64,000 nucleotides of DNA from Camelus dromedarius. Its lineage: Eukaryota. The stretch lies in the NCBI RefSeq assembly GCF_036321535.1, contig NC_087437.1:6448001-6512000 (forward strand), in the 5' to 3' direction. The translations under genes and the position numbers were made by a program. The notes beneath the pieces were generated by a model, which was given only the letters and a program-made list of their open reading frames with translations, had not been told where the DNA came from and did no database searches. Shown here piece by piece: positions 37,800 through 50,201 of this stretch (its first letter is position 1; each line of letters starts with the position of its first letter).

Positions 37800-39352
37800 C
37801 TGGGAGTCTTCCATGTGTGACCATGCACTGTATGACCTGGGCACCTACGTACACACCTGTTCCCTTGGGCTCGCCATGCTTCACGCCAGCACACCTTACC
37901 CGGTCATGGCTGAAGCAGTTTACCACAGGGTCTCCGCTATGTGATAGCCTTGTTCTTTGCCACTGTGAGTCCCAGAAAGCCCTGTGGCTCTCATCTCAGA
38001 TACCCTTCTACCTCCCTGTGGGGGCATGGGAGAACTTTCAGGTTTTGTCCACACCTAACTTGGACGCAAAAAAACTGAACACTGGCTCTCTCTGCCTAAC
38101 CATGCTCTCGCTTGACTTGAATGGGGCTGTCCATGAAGCTGGAGTTGGCAAGTGTCCTCTTGGGTCTTAAAATTAAATTCATGAAAATCCCCTTTGGTCT
38201 TGTCACTTCCTTTAACTTTCAAATGAGAGAAGCATATTTTCAGAGAAGCTCATCTCCTTCCTCTTTTGCTTCTCTCTTCCCTAGACTCCTTTGTATGAGA
38301 AGCAGCAAGTGTTGGGCTTTCCATTTCCTTTGTATCAACCCCCCTTACCTGGCACGGCGGGCCCCGGGGCTTTGGCCAAAGGTGGGTGGGGTGCTTATCT
38401 TCACTAGAAGACCCTCTGATCAGAGTCAGCTCCTCCCTTGATGAGTTAAAGCAGGAGAAAAGGGAATTTAGAAATTCTTTTTCTTTGATTAGAGCCTTGC
38501 TTCTAAGTATTGCTATGTATTTGAAAATTCTATTTTCCAAGTCAGAGGCTAAACTATAGCTTTTATTTTCTTTGCATTCCTGTTTAACAGCCCTAATTTC
38601 CCCTCAAAGGCAGATAGGTGCCTCAGGCTGCCTAGAGAGAGCTGTCTCCAGAAAAGAGTGTAGAGAAAAACATTAATGTTAACTGTTAGAGCAGGGCGAT
38701 TCTGACCCAATATTCTGACTTACAACTTGAAAGGTGGTAGCCATCTAAATGTCCTCACTGGTTACGGGACAAAGTGCCTGAAGCCAGTCTCTGCTCCTAT
38801 TAGCAAGTCATCGACACACGTGCAATCTTACTTCCTCAATACTCTGTTCAGGGTGTGGCACCCCACATTGTAAAAAGATGTCAGTGATCACGGAAATTAG
38901 CATTCCCTGCAGTAGACCACTATTTCTTTCTTTCTTTCTTTTTTTTTACAATAGACTATAATTTTAGAAAGTGATGAAACCCATAGTTAGCAGGCTCCTT
39001 AGTCACCAGCTCTAATAGCCATTTATGGATTTTTGCTTTTGCCTCAGACTCCAATAGGGCTGTACTTGGTGCTGTTACTGGTCCAGTCTTTATTTAAACT
39101 GTTGATCTTATGTTCATCATAATTAATTTTGACTCTTAAAAATTATACAGTGAAATGCTACATATTTCGACTGCTGAGTTTTTTGATCCCCTCCCTTACA
39201 TTTTGCACCTGGAGCACATCTTCTCTTCCTCCACCCTCTTGTCCTCCAGATCCAGCTCCACAAAGTCTTCTCTCATGACACTAAATGGACTCAAAATTTT
39301 CCTTGAATTCATATATCACTTTTCTCTACCATTTTCATGGCCTTACTGCTAA

Positions 39353-39683
39353 TGTTGCCGAGTCCAAACTCATTCTGCTCACCGCATGACAGGCCAATAA
39401 ATCGGGGGATGAGGTGTTGGGGCAAGGAATAGCGACTTTATTCAGAGAGCCGGCAAACTGAGAGGATGGCAGACTAATGTATTGGAGAACCACCCTGCTC
39501 TAGTCAGAATGCAGGCTCCTTTTATACAAAAAATAAGGAAGGGGGAGGAAAAATAAGGGGGGGGGTGTGTGGTTGATGTAATCTTCTTGCTGCAGGCATT
39601 CTTTGTTCTTGCAGCCATCCCTGAGGGCTAGGTCATAGTGTCTCTGTAAACCTCCAACAAAACAAAGGCTATTCTCTACTACA
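39353..39683 (-). mobile_element. Short ERV1-type solo LTR, copy B (same family as 37490-37799)
   Basis: TG...CA termini, TSD CTAA (39349-39352 and 39684-39687); aligns end to end with copy A. Confidence 0.88.
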
Positions 39684-40659
39684 CTAACTCATCTATATAT
39701 GTCTTATGACCCATCCGCCCTCTTTCAGTTGTAAGCCACTTGAGGTTGGAACCCTGTTTTGATTTACCTTTGCATCTTTTTAGCATCTACTAAAGTACCT
39801 TGTACAGCAAAGGTTTATTTGTGGAACAAAGCACCTTCTGTGTTATAAGGAGGGAAAATGCAGAATACATTTTAGATAAATTTATACCAGGATGATTATA
39901 GTTGGTTTTTTTTTTTTCCTTTAAAAAAGCAAGAGTACTTGGATAACTTTTAGGCCATCTTGAAAATTATATTGAACAGCTTCTTTTTGTATGATGCAAT
40001 AGAAGTGAATTATTACTGTATCACACTCAATTTCTGTCCCCTTAGCATACTATGACTAAAAGTAGTTCGAAAGGTGGTAGAGAAGTACACTGAAGAAAAG
40101 AGAGATAAAAACTTTGAATTAAATGTTTGCCTTTCATAGTCTACAAAATGGATAATCCACATGCAGACACCCAGGAGTTGATCGTATAACTTATCTTTAA
40201 GCAATTGGATGCAATATTGCCATGGGACATGACATGGTAATTTATTTCTAAAATGTTAGATTCTGTTAGTATTTTCAGATCAAACTTTGTTTTCTTCTTG
40301 ACATAACTGATTATTGCTTTCATTGGGATTTATTTCAAAGTAATTCTGAGCTGAAAAACTGCAAGGAAAGTAGAAATTGTTCATTTCTCTATTAGGGCAG
40401 CTGTGTCTAGAACAGCACAGCAGAAGGCTTTTATTTGCTATTTGATTTCTCTATCTCTTTATTGCTGTAATCATTGTAGCAAGGATTCCAGGTCACACAT
40501 CAGTCTTTTGAATGAAGATTATTGGACACACAGGTTGAAAACATCCCACCTTCAGCAGTAGTTATTTAGATTTGAGAGTACTGTGAATGAATTGTGCCTT
40601 TTTAGATACTTTATTTTTGCTATACAAACAACTCCTTTGTTGCATCTCCCCCACATACA

Positions 40660-41145
40660 TTAGTTAGCTATTGCTGTATAGCAAATGATCCCAAATTTTA
40701 GTAGCTTAAAACAACAATCATTTATTATTTCTTATGAATTTATAGATTGGCAGGGAGGTTCTGCTGATCTAGGGCAAGACTAGGGCATAGATAACCTATA
40801 AGCTCCATGAGGACAAGGATAACATCTCTCATGTTCATGACTGTATTCCAGTGCCAACCACAATGTCTTCCTGCAAATTACCCCACTTTCTCAATTATTG
40901 GCTGAAAACAACAATCAGCATTTATCAGCTCACAGTTTCTGTGGGTTAGGTATTGAGGAGCAGCATAGCTGGGTGCTTCTGTTTCGTGGTCTCTCACGAG
41001 GTTGCAGTCAAGATACTGGCTGGTGCTGTAGTCATTCACCATCTTGACAGAGGCAAGAGGGTCCACTTCTGATGTGACTCCTTCATTTGACGGGCAAGTA
41101 GATGTTAGTCGTTGGCAGAAGTTCTCAGTTCTTTGCTATATGGCC
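40660..41145 (-). mobile_element. MLT1-type MaLR fragments
   Basis: ttagttagctattgctgtatagcaaatgatcccaaattttagtagcttaaaacaacaatc...; gcatttatcagctcacagtttctgtgggttagg. Confidence 0.6.
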
Positions 41146-42349
41146 ATGTGTTGAAGTACAGAACATGGGAGGAAAAAGAACTTTGCAGCTATAAGAATAG
41201 GGGGTCCTGTTGGGAACATTTCATTTTAAGGTGGCTGTGGGACAACTTCAGAGATTTCCAAGGGCATTTGGATGTGTCAGTCTGGTGACCAGAGGAAAAG
41301 ATGGGATGGAAATAAAGGCTTAGCACTCATTGGTACACAGGCAGGAATTCAGGAACTGAAACCATGGAGTGAATGGGAGGACTGAATGGGAAAGCCTCTC
41401 AGGAGGTAGTTTTGGAAGAGGCAGGGAAGATGCTGGCATCATGGGCGAACCCACAGCCTCAATTTGATAAGGTTGTCAAGGAGACATTGTTCCTGGAGGA
41501 TGGTTACGTTTCTGTCATGGGAAGCAGTCCCAGAGAACAGAGAGATATTGGCTACCAAGGAGACTTGGGGAGCTAGGTGTATTGGGGGAGGAGGAATGAC
41601 AGCCTGAGAAGACTTCTGAGGAAGACAGAGAAGAGGGGCATGGATAGAAATGTCCAAAGGGTATAGAACTTGGGTTAACTGTTCTTCTGTGTTGTCCCTT
41701 ATTAGGATATGAGAGTTGGCTTACTCTATGAGTTGGCTCTGTGGCAGGTGGCTGGCATGGGTTTTTAGGACACACTGAAACAAGCTGGAAATGGAAGACA
41801 CTGAAGACAGAAATTGATTTTCAACATGGTTGAGTGGCAGCCAATGCCATTGTCAGGCATGGTTGGTGTCACACCTGACAAGGGTGGTGTCTACCCCTTA
41901 CCAGATTCTTTACCTGACCCTAGATCCCCATACCTGAAGCCAGGGACACTATATGAGAAGCCTCCATAACACCTGAACTCTTCCCACCCCACCTTGCTTC
42001 CAGCATCTTTATGCCTTGACTCTTGTTACCGGCTTGCTGAAATCCATCCCCAGGCCTTGTTTTGCCTTGGAATCCCTGCCCAGATGGTTGGGTCTAGGAC
42101 TCTCCCTTGAAGACTCTCAACCTTTGGTGGAATTAATAACGTTGATGGTTTGGAGGCCTGAATTATCTCCTGGTAAAAGCAGATTGCTTATAGCTGGAAC
42201 TGGGGTGAGGAGCTGTAGGTGCAATAACACAGCCTGGAGAGACCAAGCACAAGAGCCAAATCCAGAGGACAAGAGAAAAGCTAGAGACCAGGGTCCATGA
42301 ACTTGGTTCTGCAGATCTAAGATCACAGTGAGAAGAGACCAGAAAGAGT

Positions 42350-42570
42350 AATTAATAATAACGGTACTCAACATTTTTGAGGGCTTACCCCATGCCAGAT
42401 GCTGGGCTAAGCTGCCCTACAGACCCTGTTTCATTGCCACAGGAATGTTATGAGGTAGGTCCTATAATCATCCTCACCTTCTAGAAAAGACACTGAGGCT
42501 TAGGGAGTTAAAGGAATTGGCAAGCAGTGGAACCGGATTTAAACCAGTGCGTTCTCGCTCAGAGCTTGCA
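42350..42570 (-). mobile_element. MIR SINE
   Basis: aacatttttgagggcttaccccatgccagatgctgggctaag...atgaggtaggtcctataatcatcctc...actgaggcttagggagttaa. Confidence 0.7.
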
Positions 42571-43099
42571 TCCCTTCTGTGATGCTCTCCTGAGCTGTCG
42601 CTCACTTTACTTTTGGCATCTGGTGGGGTCTTCCCACCAGTGGCTCTGATGAAGGTCTTGGCTGAGGTCTTGGTGTCTGTGACAGGCTTCATGACATCCA
42701 TTCTGTTTCCTTGCCCTGGTTTATGGCTCCAAATAGAATTTCCAGGAAAAGCCAGTCTGCAGGGGTGGTTCTGGGAAGGTGCATCTATTAAGAAGATATT
42801 GGGCTTTAATAAGCGCAGAAACCCAACCATAATTCACATTTTATTATGAGGGTGCAGGAGATTTAGGGAAGCCCAAAGATAGGCGTGTGGCTGAGATTCA
42901 GGAACCAAGGGGAACAGCCCTTGAAAACTACCAGGGTAGTCTCTGTGAATCTCACCTCTGTATTTCAGGCTTTCTGTATGTCTGTCTGTCTCTTCCTTTG
43001 TCTATCTGTTTACCTATATCTCCAGACAGATTTTTTTTCAGCCTCTCTAGATGTGTAATGGGAACCATGACCCTGAGCCCGATAGTTCTGGAACTTTAC

Positions 43100-43272
43100 A
43101 TCCATCTTCAATCCCCAGACTAGCATCATTAGCTTCACCTGGGAAATCCCTAGAAATGTGAAATCTCAGGCCCCACCCCAGACCTACAGAATCAGAAACT
43201 CTGGGGTGGGGCCCACCGTCTGGTTGAACAAGCCCTCCAGGTGATGCTAATACCTAGTTTGAGACCCACTGG
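43100..43272. mobile_element. MER5A-type element
   Basis: cagactagcatcattagcttcacctgggaaatccctagaaatgtgaaatctcaggccccaccccagacctacagaatcagaaactctggggtggggccc...tttgagacccactg. Confidence 0.8.
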
Positions 43273-43817
43273 CGCCTCCCCTCCAGCTGCAGCCAGTTGG
43301 GAGACCCACCAGTTGGCACTCCCAGGGTGAACGTGTTCAGCCAAGGGTTACAGGCCCAGCTTGAGTCTGGGGTCCACCTCTGCACGGATTAGCTGCAGCC
43401 TGAGAGCTGGGTCAGGCTGTAATTTTACTCATCCCACTGCAAAATGCCTGGACAGGCGTGCAGATGGGAGCGGTTTCAGAAAACAAGAGGTTTAGGAAAG
43501 AAGTGTGGGTGTAGGAAGAACGCTGCATGGCGGAAACCAGAGAAATGATCAGATCTCCGTCCTGAGAACCTGAGAGGCGTTACTCGGCTGGTCAAAGCCT
43601 TGATGGGAGTGGTCAGGGGTGGAGGTGCTGATGAGACCCAGGGGTGGCCGCTGGAACCAGGGTCCTTGCCTCCCCAGGGATGGGATGGACCAGGGTCGTG
43701 GTACAGTGAGTAAACCTCACACTGACTCGTTTCTTGTCACCTGGTGTCCCTCTTCCCTGAGCCGTCCCCGCCCAGTGTATCGTCTGCTTTTGGTCCCGTA
43801 GGCTGTATTAGTTGCAG

Positions 43818-45891
43818 CAGCAGTTCTCAAAGTCAGGTCCCTGGGCTCTCTCAGGCATTTCCCAGGTCCAGCTATTTCCATAATAATATTAAGGTTTTAT
43901 CTGTCCTTTTCACTGTACTGCCATTTGCTCTGAGGGAAAAATTGCTGATGCCTCGGCACAAATCAAGGCCATAATCCCCAAATTCTAGTAGTAATTATAC
44001 TTTTTCACTGCCAGGCCCTTGAGATATATATATATACAGATATATCTATCTATATATATATATATCTATATATATATATGTTTTGTTTTTCAATGATGAG
44101 AATTTTTAATGGTACAAACATGTTGGAAAAATGAATTTAACCCTACAAATTCGGCACCAACAAGATATTCTGTGCCCAGGATTTTACTGAAGGGAAAAGA
44201 AGGTCCACAAAAAATGTGTCCATACATGTCTAGAGCAGCTTTTACAGTTCACGTCTATGACTGGTGTGTAACAGTTACCAACACTGTCTTGAGAAACGAG
44301 GCCTGATGAATACTCAAAGTAAGTGAAAGATTTCCCCTCACTTACCACATTGCTTTCACCACTAAGAAGACACAACCCAAGCATTTGCTGAATATAGGAA
44401 AAGGTCATTTCATGGTGTGATCTAAGAATTCCAGTATATTTTAGACGAGAGAAGTTGACCATGGGGGAGCTGACTGTTGTGCACAGAATGTGAAATTGGA
44501 GAAACTCTGATTAAAGGAGGGGCTTGCCCTGCTTCTACTGGCTTCAGTGCAGCTCAGGTGTTGATCCTTTGAAGTGAATGCCTGAGTGGAGGGAGGGAAC
44601 AGCAAGTCCTTGATACCCAGGCCCAGCCCTGGGAAAAGGATTCACAGGGCTTGGCGCTTGGTCCCTTCAATGGTTTGAATTGAAATAAATATATTTTAAA
44701 AGGCCAGTTTTACTTAAGAATGTCCCTGATAAAGAAATACAAACGTTCTTCATTCATTCCACTCATTCATTCATAAATTCATTAATCAGATACAATTAAT
44801 GTAATCAAACCTCAACCCTTGAGTGCATATCTTTTTAACGCCCTGGGGGACAAAATGGAAAGGGTGCATAAAGCACTTTTGCACATGCTGAGGCGTGGTG
44901 GTGGTCTCAAGTCAAAGCGCTCAGGCAATTGTTTAAGAGCTGTGAGATAAATTAGCCACTTTTTCGTAGAAAACCGTCTTTCCTGGAAAGAGTGACTGAT
45001 AGACAAGCTATAGTGGTTGGCAGACATTTCCTTAAAAAGGAAGTAAGAAAGCCTGTCACTTCAAGGAAAACAACTGACAGTACTTGTTGCCAGTGATAGC
45101 GTTAGCGCTTTCAAGTGAAAATTATAATTGTGGAAGAGGTGTATCCACCACCATGAGCTTGACAGCTTCCCAATACTTAAAAACTTTTTTTGATGAGCTC
45201 TATGGTGAATTTAACTAGTCTGATTTTTTCACATTTTGCAATGATGTGTCAGCATTTGGTAGACCTGGATGACTCAGTGAACCAGTATTGTCAAAAGGAC
45301 CAATTCATGATGCAAAATCACGTGTGGGTAAGAGAACCATTCAAAGTGATAGACCAGTGGATTTTCACGTAAGTGGTTTCAGATCCACATTACAACTAAC
45401 TTTTAAGAAATACCACTTGTCGAGTTTTAGTATAATGTCAAAAAGGAATACCCACAGTTGTCTCCAATGGCTATTAAAATATTCCTCTCTTTTCCTACAT
45501 CTCTGTGTGAAGCTGAGTTTTCTTCATATACGTCAACCAAAACAACAAATCGAAACGTACTGAATGATCAAGTATGAGACTCCAGCTGTCTTCGATTAAA
45601 CCAGACACTAAAGAGATTTTCACAAACGTAAACCAGGGCCTATTCTCACCAATTTGTCTTTGGTTTGTTTTGGGAAATACAGCTATCCTCTTTCATAAAG
45701 ATTTATTTATGTTAACATGTAATGGGGTTGTTACTGTTGTTTTTTAACGAATGAAAAAATAAAAATGCCTCAGTTTTAATTTCTAATGTGGTAAATATTG
45801 ATAACTAGAACCCATATAAAGTTTTTCAAGATCCTCAACAATTTTCAAGATTGTCAAATGGTCTGAAGACCAAACAGTTTGAGAACTGCTT
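43818..45891. mobile_element. Charlie1-like hAT DNA transposon, interrupted at ~44033-44679
   Basis: Inverted termini CAGCAGTTCTCAAA and TTTGAGAACTGCT; internal transposase-like remnants (...agacaagctatagtggttggcagacatttcc...gcctgtcacttcaaggaaaacaactgacagt). Confidence 0.75.
44033..44679 (-). pseudogene. 5'-truncated processed retrocopy (3'UTR) of an unidentified gene
   Basis: Minus-strand ATTAAA at 44110-44105; tail (AAAAACAAAAC then (TA)n) from 44090; TSD-like TTGA(G/A)ATA(T/A)ATATA at 44019-44032 and 44680-44693 followed by TTTT/AA. Confidence 0.65.
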
Positions 45892-46959
45892 AGTTGGAGT
45901 ACAGCTCCGCTGTCATACCTGGGAGACACATACAGAAAAAGGGATGGCAGAGTGGTGCAAACAAGAGAGATATTTCTCTCTTCTTAAGTAACAGTACAGA
46001 GGTCAGTAGGGAGAGGGTCCAGGGAAGTGGTGGCTCTGTTCCATGGGTCATCCAAGGTCACCGATTCCTTCTCTCTTGTTGCTCCAATATCCTCTAATCT
46101 GGGGTCTATGGATAGAGTTTAGGATGTCTAAGAACTTGAGTAAGAAAATCTCTAACAGAAATGTAGTATTTCCTTCAACTATAGGCAAAAACCCATAGTA
46201 ATGTTAGCAAGGCTAGTGACTTGGCCACAAATAGATGGCGCAGGTATTGTCAGCTCACATTATAGTCACTGCAGTCATCTCAAACTACCATTTATACTCA
46301 TCACTTTACAGCCATGTTCGTCATTAGACCCCCTTGTTAAATCCTGTGTGTAATATGTCAATATAGGAATACATGGAGTATGTGGCATATATTTATCTCA
46401 AAATATTTTGTAACTGTATTTCATTGTGATTGGTTTCCTTCAGAATTCTTATGATTTCAGCATGACGGGTTTCCTCTATAAGGAAACCCGTCTCTTTCTG
46501 TATTTAAAGCATGCCAAATCAGCCCATGACGCAGAAGGAAAAGGGGTCCTGTCCTTGGGTCACAGTCGAGGAAGGAAAGAGAAAGTCCTTGTGCTGAAAT
46601 GCCCCAAGGCTCTCTGCTCGCGTGCTGCTGGTGGGAATTCAGTCCAGGGGCCGCAACTAGCTGGGAAATGCAGTTGCAAGATGGAAAGCCATGTGTCTTG
46701 CTAAAACCTGAGGATGGGCTGGGGCTCTATTACTAAGGGAAAATTGAACAGTGGGGCTAGGGACAATTCATGGTCTCCGTCCAGAGTCCTCTGGGGCTTA
46801 ATTTCTTCTCTGTTGACTATCCTCACTATCTTTCTGCCCCCCCCATCAGTCCCCTAGAGACTGTTCTTCCTTCCCAATGATGAGGAGGTTTATTCTCTGA
46901 TTGTCCACCCCAACCATCTTCTTTTGAATGTTTACACAGAACAGCGATCTGAAGTCGGT

Positions 46960-47378
46960 GTCAAAAAAATGAAGTTTTGCCATTTGCAACAATATGGTTG
47001 GAACTGGACAGTATTACGCTTACTGAAATAATTCAGGTAGAGAAAGACACTGTGTTTCCTTATAAGTGGAATCTAAACAATAAAACAAATGAACAAATAT
47101 AGCAAAACAGAAATAGACTGACAGGTACCGAGAACAAACTAGTGGTTACCAGTGGGGAGAGGAGTGGGAGAGGGGCAAGAGAGAGGAAGGGGATTAAGAG
47201 ATACGGACTGCTAGGTATGAAATAAATAAGATACACGAATGTAATGTTCAGCACAAGGAATATAGCCAATAGTTTAATACTTTATATGTGGTATAGTCTG
47301 TGAAAATATCTAATCACTATGTTGTACACCTGAAACTAATATAATATTGTAAGTCATCTGTATTTCAATTTTTAAAAA
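46960..47378 (+). mobile_element. L1 3' end
   Basis: aatgaagttttgccatttgcaacaatatgg...cactatgttgtacacctgaaactaatataatattgtaagtc. Confidence 0.85.
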
Positions 47379-48374
47379 CTTACTCACAAAATAAATCTGA
47401 ATATATATGTGTACAGACAAAGATAGATACACACACATATGTATATATAGTCTTTAAAACATAAATGGATGGTCAGGGTTGATCAGAATCAGTGCAGTAT
47501 CTATAGTAAATGTCTCAAACCATGTTAATCATGTGTTAAAACACATTTCCACTTAAAAAATATGCCAAAATTAACAAGCTGATATGTCAAAGTTAAAAAG
47601 GCTGTCAACATGATCTCAAAGTATCCTCCCCAAATAAATATTTATTAATCACAAAGTGAAAATATAGTAACTTTTCAGTGGGGAAATCTGGTAAACAACA
47701 CCTTGATCAAGCTTAATATCACTAGTGATGATACGTATTGATTGACGTGTTTCGCTTGACACAAAACGCTAGGAAGGCACGTCATCTCTGTGGTGTTCTG
47801 CCCCAAACCCACAACTGTGAGGGAATGATGACAAACTATCCAGCAAGTCTAATTTGAGGGACATTCTACAAGAGAACTGAGGAACATTCACAGATTGGAG
47901 GAGACAAAGGAGAGAGAAAAACTAAATGCAAGAAGGGATCCTGCAACAGGAAATATGGCATTAATAGGAAAGCTGACAAAATTCCAGTATGGTCTGTGGC
48001 TTTATAGTATTGTAACAACATTAACTTCCTGTGTTCATGAATGGTACTGTGCTTAAGTAGGATGGGAATGTTAGCGGGTAAAGGGTATATGGGAACTTTC
48101 TGTACTGTTTTTTTGCAAGTTGTCTAGTAGTTTAAAGTTATGACAAAAACAAAAATTTGAAAAAAAGGCAGGCAGGTGCAGAGATGGGGCTGGCCTGGGT
48201 GGTAGCACCTTGCTAGGGTTTTTACTACTGACTAAGGGTCAAGGACTAGTGTATCTCCCTCACATTCAAAGCTGAAAAGCAACTCCAGCCAGGCTGTCTC
48301 TAGTGTCTGGGTCAGACGTCCCCTGCTGTTGAAGACCAGGCAGAGAACAGTAGAACACGTTGGCTTGAAGGCCA

Positions 48375-48580
48375 AGCTTTGGCATCAGAGATCTGGGTTT
48401 CAACTCAGCCCTTTCTCTTAACAACTGTGCACATTTCAGAAGGTACCTACCCTCTCTGAACCTCAATCTTCTCATCTTTAAAATAGGGGAATATCATACT
48501 TACCATACAGAGCTGTTGGGGTGTGTTTAAAGAGATAACATCTCTGAAGTTAACCACTGTTCACTGAATAATGATTATTA
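48375..48580 (+). mobile_element. MIR SINE
   Basis: ggcatcagagatctgggtttcaactcagcc...ccctctctgaacctcaatcttctcatctttaaaatagggga. Confidence 0.7.
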
Positions 48581-49184
48581 TTGCACGATAAAGAGAAATC
48601 TGGGTAGAGTCTTACGACCACTTAAGCTTAAGGGAAGCAACCACACAAGTATTTATAAGTGCTTCAGAGATACCACATAAGCTCCAAGTCTAGTTACCAT
48701 TAGTGATGTTATGGTCACTGTAGTGCTATGGGCTTCAACTAAACTTACAGCACTGCTGGGGGATCTAATTTAATCGAGATGCACTCTAATTTAGATTACA
48801 CTTTGTTTTTCTAATTTAATTCCTCATGCCTTATATTTTCACATGGTTGTTAGTGTATAAATTATTAATTTAGTCACTTTGTTTGATTATATTTTTTCTG
48901 GCATCGCTCATCAGTGCTAACATGTTTAAATATGGGTCTCAGTGGTTGCTGAAAGCAAAGTTATGTAGGAGGGAAATACCACCATTGACCCAAATCTAAT
49001 AAAAACACTGCTTTTACATCATTTCATGACACAAAGCTGGACTTTGTGTCTCACCAGGTCTGCCTAATAGTCTTAGTACTGTCAGCATTCAATCTCTTTG
49101 GGGAGACCAGTCTAGGGGAGTCTGGGGTCCCCTCAGATGTTGCCATTTTCCAGTGCTCCACACCTTTTCCTGTGCCCATCTGGA

Positions 49185-49455
49185 CCAGTGCTACCCAGTG
49201 TGGTCTGTGGACTGGTCTGTCTGTGCAAACTCTCACTGGTATGGGGCAGAAATTGAGAGTAAGCGTTCAGAGACTCTGACAGCAATTTGATGGAGTTATG
49301 TTTGTTTAATAAAATTAGAAAATGGGCTTATGTTTTGTATTCTTTGCTTTTTCATTTCATTTTTCCCAGGATTTATCATTATTGTATGTGACGAAAGTGT
49401 CAGCCTGTGGCAAATTGGAAAAAGGAAACACAAAACCTGGTCCTTCTACACATAT
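49185..49455. mobile_element. Charlie4-like hAT fragment
   Basis: cagtgctacccagtgtggtctgtggactgg...cagaaattgagagtaagcgttcagagactctgacagcaatttga. Confidence 0.55.
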
Positions 49456-49525
49456 AAAGAAGTAACAATCTAAATCACAAGGTATATCTGGCAAAAGACA
49501 GTCCCACTGTGTAATTGAAAGTGAT

Positions 49526-50201
49526 ACAGAGATTCCTCAAAAGACTAGGAAGAGACTTACTGAATGACCCAGGAATCCCACTCCTGGGCTTATATCCAGA
49601 AGGAACCCTACTTCAGGATGACACCTGCACCCCAATGTTCATAGCAGCACTATTTACAATAGCCAAGACATGGAGACAGCCTAAATGTCCATCAACAGGT
49701 CACTGGATAAAGAAGAAGTGGTATATTTATACAATGGAATACTACTCAGCCAGAAAAACTGACAACATAACTCCATTTGCAGCAATATGGATGTTCCTGG
49801 AGAATGTCATTCTAAGTGAAGTAAGCCAGAAAGAGAAAGAAAAATACCATATGAGATCACTTATATGTGCAATCTAAAAACAAAAACAAAAACAAACAAA
49901 CAAAGCAAAAACACAAAACAGAAACAGACTCATAGACATAGGATACAAACTTGTGGTTGCCAAGGGGGTGGAGGGTGGGAAGGGATAGACGGGATTTCAG
50001 AATTGTAGAATAGATAAACAAGATTATACTGTATAGCACAGGGAAATATATACAAGATCTTGTGGTAGCTCACAGAGAAAAAAATATGACAGTGAATATA
50101 TATATATATATATGTTCATGTATAACTGATAAATTGTGCTAAACACTGGAATTTGACACAACATTGTGAAATGATTATAAATCAATAAAAAATGTTAAAA
50201 A
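49526..50201 (+). mobile_element. Young 5'-truncated L1 with an open ORF2 C-terminus and 3'UTR
   Basis: ORF 49515-49877 reads DPGIPLLGLYP...CTPMFIAALFTIAKTW..KCPS..WYIYTMEYYSA without interruption; TSD AAAGTGAT at 49518-49525 and 50202-50209. Confidence 0.93.

Noticed and set aside
37490..39683. Provirus with two LTRs
   Set aside because: Separate TSDs for each LTR and no recognisable retroviral internal sequence.
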